A stretch of 44,928 nucleotides of DNA, the filler included, from Streblomastix strix (lineage: Eukaryota), in NCBI GenBank assembly GCA_008636045.1. It is 2 parts of 2 records of this genome, joined end to end, with 100 filler letters (N's around TTAATTAATTAA, not from the genome) between each part and the next. Parts side by side here need not be neighbours in the genome. Positions count along the whole stretch, not along the records: positions 22,517 to 44,928 come from SNRW01000324.1; 1 more part is not named here. One strand, given 5' to 3'. The position numbers and the translations under genes are program-made. Under the pieces are notes generated by a model. It saw only the letters and a list, made by a program, of their open reading frames with translations, was not told where the DNA came from and did not search any database. The stretch's first letter is position 1; every line of letters starts with the position of its first letter. Positions 36,130 to 44,928 of this stretch are shown here, piece by piece.

Positions 36130-36870
36130 TTTTTATTTATTCTGAAATATTATTAAATTTTGATCTTGAAACTCTAATATTTGCCTATAAATTAAAAGAA
36201 ATAATATTCATTCCCGGCTTTCCATCATTATTTTTATCCTCTGCATCTGAATCATTCAGATTATCAAGCATATTTCATTTTAATTTTTTCTTTTCTAAAA
36301 CAATTACTACTTAATTAACTTATTCTCTCTTGCTGCATTTCTTTATGCAACTGTTTTCTCATTAATTTCTTTTGTTTTAATAAAGTTATTTTAATTTTTT
36401 CTTAAAATTTCTAATCTTGAATATCTTTTTTCATGCGAATATAATCTTCTTCTGATTAATTTTCTTATTCCTTCATTTCAAAGTCATCTTAAAACTCTGA
36501 TTCTCCAATTGATTCATATACAGTTAAGTACATATCTTCTGACTCAATTTCTGCATCAATCGATTATTTATTATTAGAATTAAAATCACTATATAAAATA
36601 TAATATTTAATTAAATCTTCTTCAATTTATTCTTAAAATACTTTTAATTCGGTTTCTTCTTTTATTCATTATTTTTTTATCTTTAACATCTTTTATTGTT
36701 TCTTATTTATTAATTTTCCTTTTTTTCATAAATATTTTTATTATGTTCATTATTTGAATAGATTGAATCTCACTCATTTGAATTAATAATGTTTTTAAAT
36801 AAATTTTTTTGATTTTTTTTTTGTATTTTTTTTGATTTTTGATGTAATTTTATTGATTATTTTTTGATGA
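36130..36870 (-). other. Low-complexity Lys/Glu/Asn-rich coding-like region
   Basis: Purine-skewed minus strand with fragments such as IRKLIRRRLYSHEKRYSRLEIL; frameshifted. Confidence 0.25.
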
Positions 36871-37339
36871 TTTAATTAATTAGAACTTTTTGGTTTAGAA
36901 ATGGGCAGGTCCCACCGGAGCCAACTTGAATATGTTTTTAATAAGTAATAATCATTGCAGACTTATATTAATTACCATGAAATTGTTCCAGCATTCCGGA
37001 AATTGTTCCTCATAATTATTTTTTTAATAAAAATTCCTACTTCTTTTTTTTGAAAATATCTCGTAAAAGGCGCAAGAATTCTGAAGACGAAGAGACTATG
37101 TCAATCGCTGATTTTTAGTATGAATTAGAAAACTAACTAGAATTCAAAAGATATTGTTTTTCTAATCTATTAAAATTCCATGATCTTCTTCCTGCAGAAT
37201 TTTAACCCGCTTGCCGCGCAGTGGCCTACTCGTTTGGGGAGTCGCTAAAATTAACGGCTCTGATTCGTTTCCTTTTTCTACATAAATGAAAGTCACTTTA
37301 TAAAATAGTATTTGATACCAAATTTTTGAGAGTAAGAGA

Positions 37340-39000
37340 GTTAATGTAATACCACCAATGGAAGGAAGTGAATTTAAAACGATTGAAATGAAAATAATAG
37401 ATTTTATTATTAAAAAAATTCACGTATGAATCAAGAGATGATGATAAGTGTAAATGTAATGCTCAAAAAAACAGATGTTGATGGAGTTGAAACGGCTATT
37501 GTGGATGAAAACATTACCACAAACGACTATAACAACGTATGCAACTTCTTCAAATTGTTTTAACAGAAGAAAGCATAATTAAAATGACGAAATTATTATA
37601 ATACATTGAGTAAAACTTACCAATGAAAAAAACAATAGCAGAAACTGAAGCTGAAGTTGAAGAACGCGAAGAAGAGTAGCATGAAATTCAAAAGGTTCAA
37701 TTTGAAAAAGACATTAATAAAGATCTTAAAAAATTTTAATAAGAGATTAAAAAAGAAAAAGAATAAAAATATCAAAATGAAAAGAATATACTCGAAAAAT
37801 TCAATTAAAAGATAATTTATTCCTTAGATCATATAGCAATAGATTGGAAACAATATTAAAAAAAAGATGGATAAAGAGGAATCAGAAAAGATAATGAATT
37901 GAACAATTCCTCTCACATCTTTCAAGATAATTCAATTGATGATAGACCAATCGAAATTAAGTCATCTGAAGCGTTTAGAACTCCACTATCAACCAGCGAA
38001 TCTGAATTAGAATCTAAATGGGGACCTGATCATAAGAATATTATAATTAGGAAAGGATAATTAAATAAATTGTTAAATTAAATTGAATAAGGGGAATACG
38101 ATTCTGTCAATGACAATAATTCTTTAAGATTTTATGGAGAATTCAAATTTCTGAACATCACGATTTATGTACTGACCAAAAATCAAGATATTCGAATTCA
38201 TAAGAATACCATTTCCTTGGATACCACTATCTAGAAGCGGATTTTACAGAAGAACTAAGTTTCTACAATAACCAAAATCTCGTACAGATCTCTGTGAGCT
38301 ATGTCATACTGCTTATCTCATTTTCGCTGATGCAAACAGAAGAGGAATTTAAGTTGAGTAAATGACTGAGAATGAAATTAATTACATACAATTGTAGTGA
38401 TGACATGTTCTTCTAGCTGCGCATCAAAGAGAATGCTTCAAACGAGAAGTCTTTTCCCTCGAAGAAGATTCTAGTCAAGTGCTAGGTGACTTCAAAGAGA
38501 ACTTTAAATTAAACATATAAAGAGATTAAGTAGGAAAGGATTATTTCAAATAATTACCTGCAACATGTCTCTCGTTCGTAGTACATACAAAGAGGGTTAA
38601 GAAGGCCTACATCTTTTTATCTAAATGCTTGTCACATTCCACTTCCTTCGCATTGCAATGTTTGCAAAAGTTTCTACTCTATCCGATCTTTGAAGGTAAA
38701 ACAAAGTTAATTTGGTGGTCAGATTGCGGTCCCCACTTTCATTCAAAGCAGTTTAATGCATCATTAGATGAAAATTTAGATAATAAATATAGTAATAGAG
38801 AATTTGAAATAAATCATTTTGTACCTTCACACGGTAAATCTGAGGTTGATGGAGTCTTTGGAATTTTTTTAGCCTTCTTCGCAACAACTTACCTTCAAAT
38901 GGAATTGAGAATGTACTTGAATTAGTATCTTTCTTTAAATATGAAGCAAATCGAGCTTAAATGTTAAAGGATGAAGAAAATAAATATGAATTTATTAAGT
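37340..39000 (+). pseudogene. Sola-like (DDD) DNA transposase, decayed
   Basis: PKSRTDLCELCH, HVLLAAHQRECFK, LGDFKENF, FLSKCLSHST, IWWSDCGPHF and NHFVPSHGKSEVDGVFG match the DF.EN / SD / F...HGK...DG motif series of Sola2-type transposases. Tandem TGA TGA at ~38398. The 5' extent is uncertain. Confidence 0.7.
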
Positions 39001-39930
39001 ATGAATTTATTTATTTATAATTAACAGCTCAATTTTTTAATAAAAAAATGAGTTCAATTTTCATTTATTAATTTAAATACAATTTTTATTAGTTATTTAG
39101 AAGGAAAAAATTAAAGAAGAAGAACCAGAACCCGAACCATAACCTGCTCCATAAATGTGCGAGTATGAATTATATATCTGAATCCCGAAGAGCTAGGGCG
39201 GGGTGGAGAGTTGGGGCATTCGATTATTGATGCAATATATAGGATAGAAAAATAAATACTTTGTTTATGAACTACCAACATATACATTTAAAATAAACAT
39301 TAAAGTTTAATATTAATTTTTTTTTATTTTTTTATTTTATTATATAGGGGCTCGTATAATGTTGGACAGTGATGAAAGCCAGTGATGGGGTATTAGTAGT
39401 ATTATAGGGTGAAGTTCGCAATGAACTATAACATATTTGATTTTATAATTTCATTATAAATAAAATAGAGAGGTAATAAATACGAATGAGGATGCGAAAG
39501 CATTCCGAATACGTATTTATGAACTAGCTTATTTTATTTATAGGGGATTATTAAGATAAATCAAATGTATTTTGGGTTTGGGCGAACTTCACCCAATAAT
39601 ACTACTCTTATTATATGAAATATTACTTAAAATGCCATTTAAACAATTATATAAAGCAGAATATCGGCAGTTGATCACTGCTAGATGGTACGTTATATTA
39701 TTTTTCAAAACCCCTTTTCCAAATTTTTCTGAAAGTAAATTTTTGCGGCATATTTAATAGTCAACAATGAATTTATGAAACCATTTCTTTTTTCAATTAC
39801 ATCATATATATCTATTATTCTAAATACTAGCCACAAATTCACTTGAATGAAAGATCTGTTTAATTTCTAATAAATTTCACTTTTCAGCACGAATTTCAAT
39901 ATATTTTTCTTTTTTTATTTACTAGTAATA

Positions 39931-40298
39931 ATGAGCTGTGGTGGTGGAGTTTGTGGTAGAGGAGTCCTTCCTCCTAGAGATGTGTATTCAGCAGTAATTA
40001 AGAACACAAAAACCTAACCTCTTGAAGTTTCTGTACATTATGCTGGTCTAGAACCTGGCGATGAAGAAGTTATTACTCTGACAGTGGCACCAGGATCAAC
40101 AGCCGATGCTCCAGAGAAGAGCGTTACAAAAGGTTAGTACCATATTGTTCTATTTTCATTTCACTGTTTTTATGTCTAATTGCAGGCACTGCTACATTCC
40201 ACAAGGTGATTAAGAAAATTGTTGCTGGAAATGATATTTTGGAAGCTCCATTTTAAGGCGTAGGGAGCCCAACAAAGGGGAAAGTATTCGAATTCTGA
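39931..40298 (+). CDS. Small two-exon host protein (104 aa), unknown function
   Basis: Exons 39931-40132 and 40186-40298; 53-nt intron GTTAGT..CTAAT.TGCAG. MSCGGGVCGRGVLPPRDVYSAVIKNTKTQPLEVSVHY...EAPFQGVGSPTKGKVFEF*; two TAA read as Gln. Confidence 0.85.
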
Positions 40299-40412
40299 GC
40301 GGGTCTTTTTTCGAGGAATTACCATCTTACAAAGAGCAGTTTGGCTCCAATGGAATAAATAAGTAATCTTAGTATTTATTATATTTGCAAATGACATATT
40401 TGTTTATTTCGT

Positions 40413-40672
40413 TCATGAGATGTAAATCAACCAATCGTTAAGTAATTTTGCAGTATCAACTTATTCATCATCTTCATTTCCGTTTAATATTAATTCTCTT
40501 ACAAAGTCCAGTGTAGTTTCTTCTCTTACTTTCTATATAGCGTCTTCTTAGCCGTAATACAACAAATTCGGTGCCATCAACATTCCACAATTGGCTGTAT
40601 TTGGCGATTGGCTCGAAATGAATTTTATAAGAACATCGGCAAAGTCGCCAGTGATGATTTCTGAGTGATTTT
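40413..40672 (-). CDS. Isolated terminal exon of a helical (ARM-like?) hypothetical protein
   Basis: After an AG acceptor: NHSEIITGDFADVLIKFISSQSPNTANCGMLMAPNLLYYGQEDAIQKVREE...AKLLNDWLIYIS*. Upstream exons not identified. Confidence 0.4.
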
Positions 40673-40915
40673 CTTATAGTAAAAATAGATTATAAATAAT
40701 ATAAAATAGTACAATACATTAATATGCACAATTTTTAATTTTTTTTGTTATGTAGAGGTTTTGCACGAGTACTAGCATTAATTAATAAAAATTTTATATA
40801 ACAAAATGATCATGATGCTGATAATAATATTAATATTGATGATTTTAATACATATGTTATATTTCACTCAATCTTTTATTAATTAATCAATAGTTAATTT
40901 AAAAACGAGTATTAT

Positions 40916-43525
40916 TCATTCTTCACTCTGATCCCTTCTTCGCTTTACACCGTGCCCTCTAACCTACTTTCCATTTTCATTAGTCGTACTCCTTCCTCGA
41001 TTCTTCTTCTCATTGACCATCTGTCTATAACCCATCTCTCTCTTCTGATCTTCATTACCATCAATACTATTCTTATTTGGTCTCATTGATAGACTCTTTG
41101 ATCGTCCTCTCTTATTTTATTAATTCTTATATTTATTCTTCTTCTTTGACTTATTTTATTATTTTCCTTTATTTTAATTTGCCTTCATTGATTTCTCTAA
41201 ATTCTTTCTTCTTAATTCTTATTCAATTTCTTCTTCATCTTTTCTCTGTTATTAAAATGAACGAATATATTCCTCAGCTGAGTCTTCATCAATATTCCTT
41301 ATTTAATCATCAACTGAATCTGAATCAGTATCTGACTCATCTTCATCTTCATTATTACTGTTACTATCATCTTCTCTTCCTTATTCTCTTTTGCGCTTCA
41401 CTTTAACCATCTTCATTTATTATGAGAAAAAATCATTGGTTTCATCATCTTCACTTTTATCCAACTTCTTCTTCAGATCTTTTTCTTTCTTTTATTATCC
41501 AACATAATCTTCGTCTTCATCTTTTAATTCTTCATCTTCTTCACTTTTCATTTCCATTTCTTTGTCCATTTGTTGTTTCTATTTGGATTCCCTCTTCTCT
41601 TTCTTCTTCTGCAGTTTCTCTTCTTTTTGTCTTTTCTTCCCTTCTAAAATGGCCTTCATTTCACCGGCTCTTTGTTTTCTCTGCAAATGAATATAAACAT
41701 AAATAGTTATTTATTATATAATTATACAGTAATAAATACTTCTTATTCTCGTTTTTCAATTCTTTCTCTGGTCTCCTTTATTTCAGCTTCTGATTTTTGT
41801 ACTAAATGAATATTATTATTATTTATTAGTCAATAATACATATTTATTATTTTATTTCTCTTAATAATACACATACTATATCTGTGATATTTAACTTCTC
41901 CTCCAAAATATCCATCTTCTACTTTGATTAACTATAAACATAACATTGAATATATATAATAAACAAAGTTAAAATAAGACTATAGATAAAAAATTACAAA
42001 TAATAGAAACTATTGATATCCATAATTACCTTCATTCTTATTCTTGGTCCCATATCACTGAGTTAAACAGCAATTTTCCCTCTGTTACTTTCATCATCAA
42101 TATTAAACAATGATTATGAAGAAGAAGAAGATTAAGAAAGTAATTGTTTATATTATTTATTCATTCTCTCATTTGCTACACTTTCAGTTTCATACGCATT
42201 GTTCAATTAATTTAATTCATCTTCTTCTTCTTCTTTTATATCCACTTTTATATCCTCTTCTTCTTTCTTAATGTTTCTATCTTGATCATCATCTTTATCA
42301 TTATCAGTATCATCTTGATTATTGAGATCCAATTATATTATTTCTTTCTTAATTCCATCTGTTTATTCTTCTTTTATTTTCTCCTTATTCTGAAATACAT
42401 CTATTTCATTATCTCGCTCCATTTTCATATTTAAATCTTTTGTTAATGCGTTGATTTCTTCATTTTCATCTTCAAGCCTAAAAAAATAGTTATTGAAAAT
42501 ATAAAATATAATTTAATTTCTATTTTCATAATTAATTGAAATTACAAACTATTGAAGCATTTATTGAATGTGCGAAGATTCATTTAAATCCAATTTCTTT
42601 TCCAATATCTGCTAAACAATCTATATAAATAATATATATCAGTGAACAATATAATCTAAATTGTTAATAAACTCATTCATATCATTTTATTCATCAAATT
42701 ACTCCCTCTACATTATTATTTAATTTTTGAATATAATACTTCATATATCATACTTTATTAATTCCTGCTGGTTTCTATCCAATATAGTAATGCCTCATTT
42801 CAATCTCATCTGTTAATGGATCCCTTTTGAAGAGAACTACTCTTTTACATGTCTATATCTTAGTCTGGTTGTGAATATACAAATACAAATTAATATTCAT
42901 ATTAAACAGAATAAATATTTTCTTTTTCATTCTAACAACCTTCTATAAATCAATTGCAGGGAACAAATGTTGAAGCATTTGCTATTGAAGTGTGACTTCT
43001 GAACCCCCTTCAGAGAATTTACTCAATACAATCTGATATAATAAATAATATTGCAATATATATTAATAAAATAATAGGTAAAAATGATGTTTGAAGAAAG
43101 TTATAAACCAGTGGTGCTTTTAGGAAAGCAGTTTTACTTGAAGTAACAGCATGAGGAATTATTTTCTAAACATCCCTTGCGCATGAGAAATCTATAAGCT
43201 GGAAGGTTAATGTTGGTCCTCGTGGTAATCTCACCAAGCGCAAATATGAGTTTGTCTCAGTGGCCGTAAAGCAGAGCAAGTGCGTAATGCCAAGCTGTCC
43301 AGCAACATGTAATATATCTTTCTTACTGTTTTTCTTATTTATCTGTAATAAAAAATATAATAAATTGTATATATTACTACATAAAATAAGACAGAAATAA
43401 CAAACTCGTAATTTTGGGAAGCTGTTAGGCTCCAGAACCTTACACATATCGGAGGCGAGTTATTTCAGAGCAGGAGGAGCTTTACCAGGCGCATATGAGA
43501 CAGCTCGTGGAACAGCCTCATTCAT
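40916..43525 (-). CDS. SSF1: Ribosome biogenesis Brix-domain protein SSF1/Peter Pan, multi-exon with an acidic/basic tail
   Basis: DMCKVLEPNSFPKLR|INKKNSKKDILHVAGQLGITHLLCF..YLRLVRLPRGPTLTFQL..ARDV; MLQHLFPAID; KRVVLF..EIEMRHY; AVQLSDMGPRIRMK|LIKVEDGYFGGEVKYH. GT-AG introns; TGA at 40916-40918. A short upstream exon is possible. Confidence 0.92.
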
Positions 43526-43972
43526 TGTATCTAATTATAGAAATATATAATTTAAATTCATTAAATAAAAATTGAAATATGATTTTGAGTGAATTGCATC
43601 TATTTTTTATTGGTCAAATTAAACTCATGTAACAAAGTTTTATAAGATAAATTAAGTAAAGTTTTCATATATCTATAAAATAAAACAATTATATAATAGG
43701 ATTTTATATCAAAAGTAAAACAAATAGTTTAGAAAAACAATTTTTTAGTATTTTTTAATTTGTAATTCACATGTCAGATTATTTACTTTTAAATAAATTT
43801 AATTTATTGTATTTTTATAATTTATATATAAGCTGTTATTTATTAATTATTTACCCAACAATATGTATTAAAAATAAATTGAGAATTAATGAATTGAATC
43901 AAATTTAAAAACGAGACTTTAGATCTTAAAACAAAATGAACAGAAGGTTTTATATTCATACACTGACAATAA

Positions 43973-44928
43973 TCATCCTAATCCACCAGTATAATCATAT
44001 AGATCATCATTTGCATGCAGTTCCTGATCGGTTTCACGGAGTTGTCCTTTTGTCTAATTCAACTTATAGATCGATTGAACATGAAAAGAATCATATTGCA
44101 TGCATGGAGTTGCCTATGTATGATGAAACAAATAAATAATGAATTATTTGTATAAATTTCAATTTTCCATACAAAGAAGCGAATTCGTTCAGGTATATTA
44201 GTAACATATCGTGCAATCTATCGACCTTCAATAAAGAATCGCAGTGTGCGAGGAATTATATTCATGTTTACTTCCATTGAAACATGCATTCCTCGCTCCC
44301 ATTTATCTTTTGGATCAGTTGGATCAGACCAACGTCCATTAATATATATTGTTCCTCTGATTATGATAATATGAAAGATTCAAAATAATATAAAATGTAA
44401 AAAAAAAATAAAAAATACGAATTATCAAATGAAATTCCTCCTTTATCTTTTCCTGCTACATATGAAGTGGCATCTGTCATTGGAAGGTCAGCATCTACTA
44501 TTCCAACTCCTGAAAGAGCGCGCGATTCAAATAAATTAATTATAAATATAATTGAAAAATAATGAATATAATAAATTCATTATAAATATAATTGAAAAAT
44601 AATAAATTAATTATAAATATAATTGAAAAATAATGAATTACATTTTTATTATTTGAAAGAGAAATTTTTAGCATACGAAATCTCATCAAATTTTATTCAT
44701 TCAACATAGCATTGCTGAATATTAATTCACAGTAAACAATTCCAGCTTCATCAGTAAATTGGGGAATTAACTTTTCTTTCTGAACTGGTTTACGTTTGAT
44801 CGTATCAATATTGAAAGTTCTAATTCTAGCACCTGGAACTGTGATAACAGGATCAAATGGACAAATGTGCCAGTTAGAATTCCTTGATTTGACAATGTTA
44901 CTATTTTCCAGACGAGATAATCTATTTT
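43973..44928 (-). CDS. SPRY/B30.2-like beta-domain protein, 5' end outside the window
   Basis: ICPFDPVIT...GIVYCELIFSN..|GVGIVDAD..|GTIYING..WERGMHVSMEVNMNIIPRTLRFFIEGRQIARYVTNIPERIRFF|ATPCMQYDSFHV..GLG*; three introns. Confidence 0.7.
44530..44640. repeat. 31-bp AT-rich tandem repeat (3 copies) in an intron
   Basis: aataaattaattataaatataattgaaaaat at 44530, 44570 (one mismatch) and 44601. Confidence 0.85.

Noticed and set aside
36901..40355. Possible TIR pair tcccaccggagccaacttg (~36910) and the reverse complement of ~40338-40356 around the Sola-like gene
   Set aside because: Only a short partial match that does not extend, and it would enclose an apparent host gene.
580..44139. Most ORFs in the supplied track (e.g. 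580-774, 9493-9747, 14676-14906, 17448-17657, 21373-21591, 25054-25293, 33406-33600, 41077-41706, 43936-44139)
   Set aside because: They are wrong-frame or antisense shadows of real code-6 genes. Only some are true fragments (e.g. 19997, 23039, 25156, 25696, 26728, 30092, 32110, 32983, 34109, 38629, 43166).
44530..44640. 31-bp repeats as a CRISPR-like array
   Set aside because: No unique spacers, almost pure A/T, inside an intron of a eukaryotic gene.

Overview
Very AT-rich eukaryotic DNA from a protist that reads TAA/TAG as Gln and uses only TGA as stop (translation table 6). The supplied standard-code ORF track therefore shows only fragments of the real genes. The recoding, GT-AG introns of about 50-130 nt and the gene families suggest an oxymonad such as Streblomastix (inference). 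An artificial N44-TTAATTAATTAA-N44 linker (22417-22516) splits the window, so the two halves are not shown to be adjacent. About 27 kb is made of two related, decaying endogenous Polinton/Maverick-like DNA viruses. Element A (~3.05-18.56 kb) has a pPolB C-terminal fragment, a candidate major capsid protein, two HNH nucleases, a candidate penton, an rve integrase, two phage-like fibre genes and two small amphipathic proteins. Element B (~22.5-34.3 kb) has a candidate penton, a full-length pPolB, an HNH nuclease, an A32-like packaging ATPase, a fibre with HxH repeats and a small amphipathic protein. Other mobile relics are a DIRS-like RNaseH/MT fragment, a 423-bp MITE-like foldback, a hAT dimerisation-domain relic and a Sola-like transposase. 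Host genes are a NEK-like kinase, an SSF1/Peter Pan Brix protein, a SPRY-like protein, a 104-aa two-exon gene and some low-confidence ORFs. All calls come from manual translation and motif recognition; no searches were run. Boundaries of decayed genes are approximate.
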